Below the pieces are notes generated by a model, which saw only the letters and a list, made by a program, of their open reading frames with translations, was not told the DNA's origin and did no database searches. Both the position numbers and the translations under genes were made by a program. From Phoronis australis (Eukaryota; Animalia; Phoronida): 64,000 bases of DNA. How positions within the stretch are numbered: position 1 is the first letter of the stretch; every line of letters starts with the position of its first letter. The DNA is taken from the NCBI GenBank assembly GCA_002633005.1, contig NMRA01000011.1, positions 713,931 to 777,930 of the forward strand, given 5' to 3'. Of the stretch, positions 36,648 to 49,960 are shown one piece after another.

Positions 36648-39294
36648 TAGGGCTCGACGCTATTAAAATTCGCATTTCGCGACCTAGCCAAAATCCCAGG
36701 TCGCATTTTCAAAATGCAGCTCGCATTCATAAATGCCAGGTCGCAAAATTTTCCAGCCATTTTACGCGCCAAACTTGATTTTTTAGATCATCGAGAATAT
36801 GTTTATATTAGGCTCTTACCTGCAGTGTTAAATACTCACAAATTTCAGATCGCAAAATTGACTTCGTTCATGCAGGTACGGCGTTACTGTTCTTCACCAC
36901 CGCCATTGAAAGGTTTTAGAGGCAAACCAAGTTGCCGACGTGAAAGTTGAATCAGTGCTCTCTAACTGACACGTGCATTCGAGTAGCTAAGTTTGCGATG
37001 TGAAAAGCGAGAAAATGCTCGNNNNNNNNNNNNNNNNNNNNNNNNNNNNNNNNNNNNNNNNNNNNNNNNNNNNNNNNNNNNNNNNNNNNNNNNNNNNNNN
37101 NNNNNNNNNNNNNNNNNNNNNNNNNNNNNNNNNNNNNNNNNNNNNNNNNNNNNNNNNNNNNNNNNNNNNNNNNNNNNNNNNNNNNNNNNNNNNNNNNNNN
37201 NNNNNNNNNNNNNNNNNNNNNNNNNNNNNNNNNNNNNNNNNNNNNNNNNNNNNNNNNNNNNNNNNNNNNNNNNNNNNNNNNNNNNNNNNNNNNNNNNNNN
37301 NNNNNNNNNNNNNNNNNNNNNNNNNNNNNNNNNNNNNNNNNNNNNNNNNNNNNNNNNNNNNNNNNNNNNNNNNNNNNNNNNNNNNNNNNNNNNNNNNNNN
37401 NNNNNNNNNNNNNNNNNNNNNNNNNNNNNNNNNNNNNNNNNNNNNNNNNNNNNNNNNNNNNNNNNNNNNNNNNNNNNNNNNNNNNNNNNNNNNNNNNNNN
37501 NNNNNNNNNNNNNNNNNNNNNNNNNNNNNNNNNNNNNNNNNNNNNNNNNNNNNNNNNNNNNNNNNNNNNNNNNNNNNNNNNNNNNNNNNNNNNNNNNNNN
37601 NNNNNNNNNNNNNNNNNNNNNNNNNNNNNNNNNNNNNNNNNNNNNNNNNNNNNNNNNNNNNNNNNNNNNNNNNNNNNNNNNNNNNNNNNNNNNNNNNNNN
37701 NNNNNNNNNNNNNNNNNNNNNNNNNNNNNNNNNNNNNNNNNNNNNNNATTGGCTAACAAAAACCACATGATCATATCCACTCGTATTATTGTCTGTTACA
37801 ATTTGTTCCCAAAATATTCTAGAATCTCTAGAGTACTTTGACCCCAGAACCCAAAGTTGTAAACACCATCTAAAAATAGATTTTGACGTTAAAATACATG
37901 TCAACAAGTCTGACCCCATGATTTAAAAGTACATATGCACAAATTTTGGGCAACTTAAAATGGATCTATTCTTACTAATTACTTAATCAATATTTATTCT
38001 GACAAAAAGTATCCGGGATTTTGCTGGGTCTGACCTGCTACTGGCTGTCATCAAAGTCGTTAAAGATTCAAACTAACTCGGAGTACAAATTCCCTCCACT
38101 TTTTGTTCGCAACCCAAATTTTGCAACTTGACGTTTAAAAAACAACAGTCGAAAAAAAAAATCCGTGTAACCATAGGCGGATTTAGGGGAGGCCCCCCCT
38201 TGGCTGCCTCAAAAAGATAAACCAGCAAAAGCGTAGGGAAATGTTGAGTTTATTAATTAGCCCTGGTAATTAAAATTATACGGCTGAAACAAGATTTAAA
38301 TTTCTGCAGTTTTAGTGTGTTGGGGGGGTTCAGATACGTGGAATATCGTAAGGCATCGGGAATCTGTGAGTTAATTTCCAAATAAACCACTGGCACCCAG
38401 GTGCTTAACAGAGCCAAGCCGGTATACTCTTTCATTTAGGACTGTTGCTGTTCTCTTTCGATGGGCAGCTTTGAGGTGGTGCGCACGTGTGAGTTCACGC
38501 ACTTGAATCGCTGGAGTAGGCCTACACTTTACGTTGGCAACAACGTGTGAAAGACTCATATTTCGCGCAAGTAGCCCCAGAAACAAGTAAAGGGTTTGAG
38601 AATTTCTTGGCAACTGAGTAAAGACGTGGCCGTCGTTTTGGCCATTAATAGGATTGTTATTTTCACTTTGGCTGTCATATGCCATAAAAACGAGACGCAC
38701 ATCTCTAAGTCACGATTGTCTGCCAGGACCGCTTGCGCGCTAACAACGGGACCGACCTGTGCCGCAGTGCGACATCAGGGATATTGTCGTGGATATTTGG
38801 TACATGAAATAAGGACATCCTACGCGAAAAAATAAACATATTTCTCCACCACAAAGTTTGGTAAGTTGATCGTTAAGAATTAGTAGAAACACCGCTCTTT
38901 TGTGACATTTTGTCACGTATTATGCAGTTGCCTGAAACTTTCTTCGCCGAATCCGGAAATTTGCAAAACTGGCCGAAAATGTTAGCCAATGAAACGCGTC
39001 AAAGATTCTGCATATCCCATGTTCACGCGACTTGCTTACAAGTCATCGGGAGGGCTGTTCTCGGTTAGTGTTCTTTTGAACTTGGATTTAGTAACAACCA
39101 AATAACGGTCGGATTATTAATAAGAGTTGCTTTATATTTGCCAGGTATCTGCCGAGAAGTGTAAAAACTCAGCTCGCATTCGTTGAAAATTCCAGATCGC
39201 ATCTTGCGACTTGATACGAGCTGACAAAAATCTCAGCTCACATTTGCAAATTTCAGGTCGCAAATGCGACCTGCAGCTCGTTATGTCGACCCCA
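36648..39294. mobile_element. Possible hAT-like non-autonomous element
   Basis: Ends TAGGGCTCGAC / GTCGACCCCA with repeated GGTCGCA/GCTCGCA subterminal motifs at both ends. TSD not resolved; spans the N gap. Confidence 0.45.
37022..37747. other. Assembly gap (726 N)
   Basis: Run of N. Confidence 1.
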
Positions 39295-42200
39295 ATTAGG
39301 GGGTGCTACAGTAATTATCTATCCCGTGGTCCGAAAACTAGTGTTGGTCAATGTTCCTCAAAAGGAATACCAATTTTTACAATGATTCTCCCGGTCGCTA
39401 ACAGATTTTAGGAGAGACACCAAAATAAAAAAACAACAATTTAGAATACAGCAGGCCTATACTTCAGACCAGGCAAAGACCCATACAATATCGATTGGCC
39501 CTATGTCGCGATTTGTATCACAATTTGCATTTTAGTATAAAATGCGGCATAAACAAATTCTGCTCTCAAGAATAGCTTTAAAGTCACTTACCTCAGTTTT
39601 CACTCAAAATCAGTATTACACTTTACATCAAAATCCCGTTTTTTTTTTGGTTTTGTGTGTAATCGCAGTAGCTACTGGACAACGAAATAATTTGTGTCCT
39701 GTATGCTGTCATCCATGATCTCAATAGCTAACTTACCATGAGAATATCGTTTGCAGACCTTGGTACACCACGACTAGCCTAGGCGGGGTGCCTTACCCAA
39801 GCCAAGCAACCACTCAAGCCCAATTTGACTGAGGATGAAAATCTTTGTTAGAAAGTAGTGTGCCTGCACCATATTATGGGATGCTCATATCATTGCTATG
39901 GAAACACCCAAATCAGCCAGCAGCTAAATGCCGTCGATAACAGATCTTCTGAAACATACGTTAAAGTCAGAGCTCCGGCAGTCCCGCCGACTGCAGACGG
40001 AGCGGCAGCTGATGTTTGGCTGAAAGGGCTTGTTCAGCACAGTTTGCCCTCAAAATTGACTGTTTTGTGGAAACCATCAGCTCAGTTAGAAATCTGATGG
40101 ATACTAAAGCAATATTAGAAGATGAATCAACCTTCAACCGTAGAAAGACTCTTTATCCAAGCTTGAGTTTGGTACATGTAAGCCAGTGAAAACGTGCAAA
40201 GAAAAGTATTGCTGAGGAGAAGAATTTAGCTGTTTCAGTTTGGATCAGGTGAGTTTTTATCCACATCATAAGTGTTCTAAAAATTAATTTCTATTATTTG
40301 CTTTGTCAGGAATGTTTGAATGGCTACAATACTATGTAGTCTTGCATTCACTTTACCTCAGCATTGAGGGTTTGGCGAAATACCCCTCAATAAATGAACG
40401 AACATTCCACGCTCATTATCAAAAAATTGATTGGGCGCTTGACACCTGTTCAGTGCTCATCTATATGTAATTCATGTGTTGTTACTTCTGATACTTCAAA
40501 TCTCGTATCTTCGCGCTAACGTTAGGATGCGGCGCGCAAAATTCAAATGCCTTTTACTAACTTAACCTTAGACAATAAAGTGACGTAAAAATAAAAAAAA
40601 ACGTCACTGTGACGCATTTTTCATGACTCTTCTTTTTGAAGACAAGTCGCTTCTAAGATGCTATTGATATATTTTTGAAAGATTAATATGGGTAAATTTC
40701 TTACGAATCTTCGGGCATGTCTATCATGCCTGTGTTGTCAACTTTTCTGCTTGAAGAGTATAGCAGTGGACGATGAAGACGAGATTCCTGAAAATGAGGC
40801 AAGTAAAAATTTTATAAAATTGAGAAAAACAGGCCACGGACTTGATTCTCCAGGCCTCTTAAAATATTTGCGAAAAAAGCGTAAAATTTTACTGCCATAG
40901 CCCTATCCAACGACAGCTATGGAAGATTATAATTTGAAATAGGAAAATCGGTGCACATTTTGTTTAATTACATAGTCATGCATGTTTCCGATCGACTGCA
41001 GGAGATCATTCGAAAATTATTAAGACTCAGAGATGGATTCAATAACTGGGTTAATGAATTAAAGATATTCAAAGCTAAGTTAAGGTTTACGCTTGAAATT
41101 AACCTAAAGTATGCTTGAATGGCAAACTATTTCTGAAAGACGGGAAGGAAAGCAAACATTCCAGCTGTCTTCTCGAGAAATCTCGGCTTTTCAAGAGATG
41201 TTCAACTCACCTCGCCCCGGGGTTCAGTCGCTCCTTCTCGTGAGTTAATTTCTCCAGTGTGCTTCCAGTCTTCGTTCCTTTTCCTTCCGTGCACTGTACT
41301 CATGAAATTTGAATGGTGATATATATTTATTGGTGAATGCACAGAACATACAAACAGTAATTACAAACCCAGAAATCGCGAAGCATCATATCCGGGCTGC
41401 ATACAATTCATAGATCAAAGTAGTTTACATAGAACAATATACATGAAACTAATATCTAACATAAGTATTCAAATATTTAGATATGCTATCACGAGCATTT
41501 CTGTCTAAGATACAAAACACGATAGAACTTGTTACGCCAACAGAACTATGGACCGGTGCCATTGTCAGCTCAGAACGAAGGCACTCATATGTTAATTGGC
41601 TACAGATTATGGAAACGAAGTGGCAGCCAGAAACTTGTGTAGGGATCCGCGGGTATAATACTGCATTCATTCGGACGCGTGGGAGGCGGGTAAGGTTGGT
41701 GGAGCCGAGAGGGGTTAGTTCTTTAAATCAACGTGAAGTCATTTTTTCCTGAAACGAATGTCAAACTATCACCCTGGTTTCGATCATGGACATATCCCTC
41801 AGTAGCCTGTAATTTCAAAACAATGGCTTCGTTAACTTTCATGAATAGCGTTGAGATGAACAAGTTGTTAAAGTCCTTCTCTCACGCGTTGTTAACCCTT
41901 ATTACATGGTTAGAAGATGTTATAAGGATCCAAGAAGTACCTACCCCATAACTAATACACGATCCGTACTCGAAAACAGTTTAAATGAACGCGCCACTCA
42001 CGATTCGCACCCGAAGAAACACCGCCATTTTGAACTTGCCGCGAACCCGGAAGTACAATTCATTCAGGAACCCAGGCCGAGAAAACGCCGTCAGTGCGAC
42101 TGGAGCAGTGCCTGTACTGTTACCAGCCAGCAAACGGGGATAAAAAAATCGACAGCGCGCCTTAATTTTGATAAAATCAAACTACGGACAATTTTATGGA

Positions 42201-44574
42201 ATTTGCTGAAGAAATGTGGCGAATAAATTTTGACAGAAATTATTTTGCCAGACTCGGGACCGCAGCCTATCGGACCCGGTGCGGATCGAGACCAGACACT
42301 GGCGAACGGTAAATGCATGCGGTTGCAAGCTGTTTTGTCGAAGTAAAATGGTCAAATGATAAATGCTGCATATATTCAAGGGTAGTTTCAGACACTTGCA
42401 TGAAATTACGGGCTGGTTAGTCCTGTGTCACACTGCCGCGGCAGACCTTAGTTAGCCTCAGTCACCAGCTACCAGTGAAGACTATAGTCAAAATACAGCT
42501 TGTTAGTAGGCCTATACAGCTTTGCGCCAAGACTACCCTTAGGCCTAACTGGTCGCTGGCCACAAACACAAAAAACACGAAAATTGAACAAAGTTTCTTT
42601 TTTGTAGCAACGTTTGTCAAAATGTATCAACGTTAAATCTTCACAAATTACAAAGTAGCCGATTGAACATGCCTTTCAGTTCAGCAAAAGTCGACATTGT
42701 AGGTGCCGCCAGAAATGAGACGAAGTCCAACGGGAATTGTGAGCACATTTATCACTTAATGAGTAACAACTGCGAGGCTGAAATTTGGTGAACACTGCTA
42801 AATCGTGCAGAATAGTAAGTAAAGATATGTCTAACTAAATTTTACCGTAATTTGTTGGCGAAAACAATTTACACAAAGTTTTAAACTCGTAACTCATCCC
42901 GCTGTCCTCCAATATGGCCGACGCGATCCAAACAAAGTGACCCAAATTTCGCCACAAAACTTGCAATAACTTTACAGTGCTTGCCCCGATTTTGATACTT
43001 TTTCGATTTTTACTGAGTAGAATGTACTACCTTTCCGATGATAGCAAAGTACTTTTTCAAAACGAGGAAAAAAATAAAACCGAAAAAAAATTGGTTCGAC
43101 CCATATTGGTTCCTAGGTTCGACCGGCCTACGTAAGGAACTAAACACCAATGCTATTTTAACATACTAAGTACGCGTAACATTCCAAAAAAATCAACGAC
43201 CACTAACTACAAACTATAAATACACTACATATGCAAACGAATCACGATATATTACTAATAAAACAAAATAATGAAGACTTTTCGAGCAAGCCATAGCACA
43301 TTCAGTTACAAGGAAAAAATGGCGGCGTTCAGGACAAGTTCCTGAACTGATGAGCCGGAAATGTGGGTACGGAAATAACCGATGACAACCGGTAATCATA
43401 CGCTCAGAGAGAAGGGTCAAATACTGTTAAAAAATCGCTTTTGGCAAGAAAGGCGAAAAGAATATAAAGAAAGGGTGTCGAAAATAAGAATTTATGTAGT
43501 AAGTATTTTCGGATACTGGAACCACATGGGCAGTTTGCAAGAAGGACTTTAAGGCAAATGAAAGTTTCAAGTGACAGACAACTGAGCGCTTAGTTTATGC
43601 TTTGAACTGCAGGAGAGTTTTACAAGCAAAATACAACGTCGTCTGCTACAGTTCAGACAGGTCCGCAGTGTAAAGATAAGGATTTATAACATGATTATTT
43701 ATTCAAAAATCTGAAAGTCAATCACCATGAACAGGTTTGGATTGCTTAAAATTGGTTCAGTTTTTGCTAGGACGTTCAGATTGGAGAAATTAACATAATT
43801 AATGCACGTGTACGCGGAATAACATTTCTAAACCTAACGTAGGAACTAACGAGGTATCAGATATGTCGCTTTTCGTGACACTGATGTATGCCATGCTGAA
43901 AAGGGCTATGGACTTGAATAATAATGGGATTAATTATAAAATAATTAATAATTAATTAATTCTCATCACATTTTCAAACATTTCCAGTTGTCAACGGAAG
44001 CCGCTGCGAACAAATCTGCAGAAAATATCGCTTTCGACGACATGACAGACAGAAAGAAGTACAGGGTTAACCTATTAGTCTGCCGCTGGTCACAGTGCCG
44101 AATATCTCTGTAAAACTCCCAGAGGTGTCGTTTGACATTCTGCAGCTACTAAAGCCTGTTTCTCTCATGCAGTTCTATGTCGGCGGATTGAAACTTTTAA
44201 CCAATGACTTAGTGGGGAGATACGCCCAGCCCCTCGGTCGGCTCTCCCGTTCTGTACCGTACGTTTTCCAGAAAATAGGTTTCCAGCTTCGTCATACAAT
44301 CGGGATATACTACGGCGAGTTCTGTTCCAACGTGCGCGGCGTCAGATTAACAATTAAGTACAGAACAATAACATGCGTCACCAAAACAAGGATTGCGATT
44401 CAGCGATTGGCCGTGAAGGACGGCATAATACAGAGATCAATGTCATGCTTCGCCTCTATAGTTCCAAAGATCATAACGGAAGCGCAGTGGATCGTTGTGC
44501 GCAGGACAAAAACTTGTCCCGTAAGAAACTTTACGTCATCAAAGCTCCGGCAGGTAAAATCGTGATACCCAAAT

Positions 44575-46093
44575 TTGTTGCGAAGAGCGTTTGCATTGAA
44601 ATACATTCGAAAAGTCAAGTCATGTGATACAAAAATAGTCCGTCGACCGCTTGAATTCATGAACGCACATGGCACGTTCAACTCACTCAAACATCGAAGA
44701 CGCCGTATGTCGCAGGCGCAAAAGCAACGACGCCGTTGCTTTAGCATGCCGGTCCGGCATAATCCGCGACCAATTGAACAAGAGAACATTGGTCCGCTTT
44801 CATCCCACAGGCAACCTTTAGTTGGAAACTGGGTCTCTTCAAGATCGCCTATCGCTGTAAATCCTGAAGGAGATATGCCGCCATCTATTGTTGCTGATGG
44901 GAACGAAAATTGGATAAGAAAAGTATTTCGAAAACGGAAGCCGAAGACGGCTTATCTACCAGAAAGAGCATTCAGGTAAGCTTTCAATTTTCATGGCTCA
45001 CTGATTGAAAGAAAAATGAACTTTACGTGTATCTCGTGTTCAAGTACGAATTTCAATAACTAGGTGCCAATAAATACATGTAAGAGCAATGGCAGATTTT
45101 CAAGATAAATGCAAGAATCTAACAGATTATCAAACTCATCACACACCATACACAGGTTTAGGACGAATAGGAGGTTCCGGGCATCACATAAGAAAGCCCT
45201 AAAAACCGCTCCAAGCACCGTGTAAGCTGATGGACCTGGGGCCCGTTCCAACCAACTGACTTAAACTGATCTTTGATTAACTAAAGTCTAAGGTTTGTCT
45301 CAACTTCCACATCCGGTAAAATAATAAAAATTAAGACAGAATTAAGTAAATAATTAGATAAAATTTAAGACCACTTTCTTGCAACGGCCTTGAGACCAAT
45401 TTACTGTAAGCGTCATCTTAAAATTAACTAATTTTGTCTTGGCTAAGTCGATTTTCAGGAACGGGTTCCTGGCTCGTGCGTTTTTTGTAGCAATGGCGGG
45501 GAGGACCTCTTCGCAAGATCGGAGCCAAATTCAGTATCCATCTAGCTAAACACGTGACTTTTTCTCTCTTTTACAGGTACAAAATTAAAGATGGGGATTA
45601 TACCGTAGTCGGCGAAGGAGCTTCTGGCACAGTGTATGTTGGAACTTACGTAAATGACGCTACGGGAATTGAGCAATAGGCGTGTGTTAAGAACTATTTG
45701 CCCGGCGACGTGGAGTCAACATCTAACAAGGAATACCAATGTCTACGGGCCCTTGCTAGGTACAAATGTGTCCCCGAACCGTTTGGCTTGTATCTGACAC
45801 CAACGGCTGACGACGAAGACCAACCGATAGTTGGACTTGTAATGGAACTCATAGATGGTTTGACACTCGCAGACTACATAGACAACCACCTTGAAAATGT
45901 GGACGAAGTATCGCTGCCGATCCCAGAAATTGTGAACGTATTGCTGAAAATCGCGAAAGCAGTTCATCGTGCTCATAGAAACAATGATAATACTACTTAA
46001 TGATTTCCACAACGACAATGTAATGGTGGAACGACAAACCAACAACGTGAAATTGATTGATTTTGGTAATGCAACCACAGAGAAAGGCTTTTG
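44575..46093 (+). pseudogene. Divergent Ser/Thr protein kinase pseudogene
   Basis: Exon ending 44975 splices in phase to exon 45577-46093: VGEGASGTVY, ACVK, LVMELIDG, LNDFHNDNVMV, VKLIDFG. Stop at 45677 and frameshift near 45985. Subdomains VIII-XI not found; 5' limit uncertain. Confidence 0.85.
45239..45468. mobile_element. Harbinger-like MITE in the kinase intron
   Basis: GGGCCCGTTCC...GGAACGGGTTC flanked by CTG/CTG. Confidence 0.45.
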
Positions 46094-48218
46094 GTAAGTA
46101 GATTTGTTAAGAACAAACGCCGCCTGTCATTGTATTCTCTGGGCTATCAACAATCGCATTATTCCCAGAACAATCTGAAAAAAATCAAAAATCGGTAAAA
46201 TCTTGTCAAGTTTCAACACCAAACAATTAAAATCAACCAAAAATGCAAATCGACTAGGATTCAACAACCTTAAGCAGCAAATATGAAATACATCAAAATT
46301 AATACGGTGACGAGCACAATAATGAGCTTGCACTTGCTATACAGTGTATATGTACTTGGTCTACTCGTTTAAACTGGACCGTCAGAAGGTCGTTCGTATA
46401 CCTACGAGAAGAATTATATTAAGGCTACCAAATCTCACAACTATGACATTTCTATAGATGAAATGTGATTATAATTATTGTCGCAATGATAGAATTGGTA
46501 ACAGTTACCTGTTCAGCTTGGGGTACGTTCCGTAGACCTAGGAGTCTAGCGAAAAATCAAAATTACGCATTACTACGCAAGTAAACGGCGAACGTTTCGA
46601 GAGTAGACCTACCGTGTATAAGGGATTCAAAACCCACTGTCCGGACTGTAGAACACAATTTGTAGTCGGACCTTAAAACGCGATGCCGGGGTACAGTGTA
46701 CCTCAAAACCAGATGGGAGCACCCAAATAGCTGGTTGGTCAGACTTAAAACGGTTTTGGTTGGTTCTCAAACACAATGACCAAACATTTCTTGACCTACC
46801 TTCAAAGCAAGACTCTGAGGAAGTCCTCGCCGTTGTGTTTGATAACCGGCCAACTGGTTATAAGACAACACGTTTAATCACCGAAGCCAACCCAGTGGTT
46901 TGGAAGTGCGTGATCCACTGTTGTTTACCCCCTCCCCCTCACTGTATCTCAGCGGTTATTAATATACACGCTAGCAAAAATGGCTGTAATCGAAATGACT
47001 ACTGGGCGAGTTTGAGAATGTTTAAACATCTTGGGTCCGGCTATTGAACCCAACTGCTGAATCCACCTACCGTTATGACAATGGTCTTCCTCAGTAAAAA
47101 TTGATGATTTCTGGATTGAGAATTTACTGACACTTCGCCTCAGTACTTGAGACCAGACTATAAGCATGTTTGTTACGGCTTGTTACTCTGTGTGCTCAAC
47201 ATGGTGTTCAAGAAAAACAAATTATGAGTTTCTCTAACAACATTAGACATTTCTCATGTGAGTAAGCAACAGACGACGACACGTCAGTTTTTTGGCGGTG
47301 GTCTAATCAAGTAAAGATCATCTGCTTTGTTTTTGTCGAAGGAGTTTCAAAGATGATCACTTGAAGCTCAAGACGGTTAAAGGCTATGATTGGTATCGAA
47401 AGTGTGATCGACGTCATGAACCGTCACCGCTCTGTTGCCGAGTGAATGAGAAAGTGGACTCGTAATTCTATTATTACGAGAGAAGACTGCTAAATGCAGA
47501 TATGAGAGAAAACTCAAGACAACATTTAAGAACGCTGTATCAGTGCATGGTTAACCTTTTGAGGACCCTGGCCAGGACATTGTTGTTGGGGTCTCCGCTT
47601 TTGCAGTACAGACCGTCTAAATGCACTTGGAAACGTTCACCTAATGATTTATGCATATATTTCGAAAAATCGACAAAATTTGTAAAGCGAAGCTTATGCG
47701 GCGCGTATTAATTTACTGGATTTTTTAATTCAGTAAGTCAACTTTGCGACTGCAAAACCTAGGCTATATTTTTCCAGACGTCCCTCTCCGGCAAGGGATA
47801 ACGGAGACAACTGAATTGTATATCACTTGAGAAAAAGTGATGACTTGACAGATATCATCAATTGCTGCACATTTCATGAAAATATAACATTTTCACATAG
47901 AGGCGCCCCACGTCTGAAGGAGACCACAGTTTTTATATTTCTAATGACAAATTCTTAAGGGCACGCTCAAGGAGAGAGGACCCGATGTTGGACTCAATTA
48001 CGTCTATTTTCCTATTTTTTGTGAAATCGTGCAACCATTTTTAATGTTGAAGGTCACTTGTTGCGCCGTCATCTGACCACACGACGGTGGAATGAACTGT
48101 CACTCTTTTCCAAGCTTAATGCTTTTCATACTTAAGGTGTCTAATTTCAGACGGGACCCTCTCTCGGTGGAGCAGTTCGGAGAAATGTCCCTTTGTCCCT
48201 CTTTACATGTATATCCGA

Positions 48219-48469
48219 CACTGCATGCCCGCACTCAGCCTTCACTATGGGGGGGCTCGAATTTCCGACGATGTGGACCATTAACCTTCAAAAATGCCGA
48301 AGAAAAACGGGGTACCGCGTCCAGAGCTGTGAATTGTGCGTTTGCGCCTTCTGAGTGGACTTTTCGTCTTGTTTTCTAGGACTTTTTGTTTCTCTGAGGA
48401 GGACCTTTTTGCCCACTTCGCCAAATGGGGGAGGGGTTCGTTGGACCCCCCGGGTGCGTGCATGCACTG
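48219..48469. mobile_element. MITE family member (relatives at ~50176-50418 and ~58071-58245)
   Basis: TIR CACTGCATGCCCGCAC / GTGCGTGCATGCACTG and shared internal GGGGCTCGAATTT motif. Confidence 0.6.
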
Positions 48470-49064
48470 CCAAGTATTCACGAGGGAAATTCTGATTCGA
48501 ATTTCATCAAAAAACACAAAATATTCGTGCACAGCACAGCAGTATCAAGACATTTGACCCAAACAACCAAAAATGTGAACAAATTTGTACCGCCATCGAA
48601 AAGCAGTCAGGTCAGGAATTTTAAAGAACGTGAAGACCGTTGTTTTTTTAATTACACAAAAGGACTATTTCCGATGGTTAGTTATAAAATAATGTTACTG
48701 TTTCCTATATTATCACAAGAATAGCATCTCTTTTGAAGATGGTTACTATGAGTTGTTTGTAAGGAATTCCCACATGTGGAAAACACTGCTGTCGAGGCTA
48801 CCATTGGGGTGACCGTGTACATGTCGAACGAACATACCCAAATACTCGCAATAACAGATAAATTAAACACATATTTCAGCGTTTTTTAGGTCAAGTTAAG
48901 TTCATGAACCGTTATATATGCCTCGAAAAGAGCAAAAAAGCACCTCACTATGAGTGCCCAATCTCCCATATTTCCCCCGTTACATGTCAACAGCCTGCGA
49001 GCATGCATGCGGAAATTGCTTATAACATTCCGTTTTGACTTATAAACTCGTTGGTTTCCGATTT

Positions 49065-49960
49065 AAATGTTTATGTATCTCTGAAAACCGACAGGTTAAT
49101 AGGGGATTTTTGGCAATTAGAAGCTAATCTTTTAAGAAATGATGATAATTCAGAGAATTTAGTTGAAGTCTGAATATGGACAAACTATAATCCGATCCCC
49201 AAATGGTAAAGTGCACTTGGACGCTTTTTGCCTATCAAAAATAACTGTTAAAAACATTGATGAAATTTGGACACTTCTCAAAAAAGTTACTCACAATTAA
49301 AATGACAATAAATGCATTGCATTTTGACTTCGGTACAAGATTTGTTGTTTAAAGGCACTACTAACAGGGTATTCAAAAGGAATTAAGTCGTTAAATCAAG
49401 GTAAACGCATTGCTCATGGATTTGGTTTCTGATTTACATGTTTATGTATATATCATCAGATCCCCAAATGGTGAAGTGCACTTGGACGCTTTTTGCCTAT
49501 CTCAAATAACTCTTGAAAACAATGATGAAATTTGGACACTTCTCAAAAAAGTTACAATTAAAATGACAATAAATGCATTGCATTTTGACTTCGGTACAAG
49601 ATTTGTTGTTTAAAGGCACTACTAACAAGGTATTCAAAAGGAATTAAGTCGTTAAATCAAGGTAAACGCATTGCTCATGGATTTGGTTTCTGATTTACAT
49701 GTTTATGTATCTATGAAAGTGGACTGATTGAGAGATGATTTGTTGACAATTAGAAGTTAATCTTGAAAAAAATGACAATACTTCAATGAATTTAATTGCA
49801 GGCCGACATTGGGAAATTCGATATATCATCAGATCCCCAAATATAAAAGTACACTAAAAGATTTTTGTCTATCTGGAATAAGTGTCAACGAATTTGATGA
49901 ATTTTGGACACCTCAAGAATGTGTTCAAAAATGTTCTCACAATTCAAATGAAAATTAATT
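49065..49960. repeat. Local tandem repeat
   Basis: ~49195-49448 is repeated almost exactly at ~49459-49710, with a diverged partial unit from ~49830. Confidence 0.85.

Noticed and set aside
39858-42226. Short ORFs (39858, 40688, 41733, 41906) as a small-gene cluster
   Set aside because: No recognisable motifs or consistent exon structure; cannot be supported without homology or expression data.
43348-43400. Hammerhead ribozyme core (CTGATGA...GAAA)
   Set aside because: No convincing stem II or stem III pairing.
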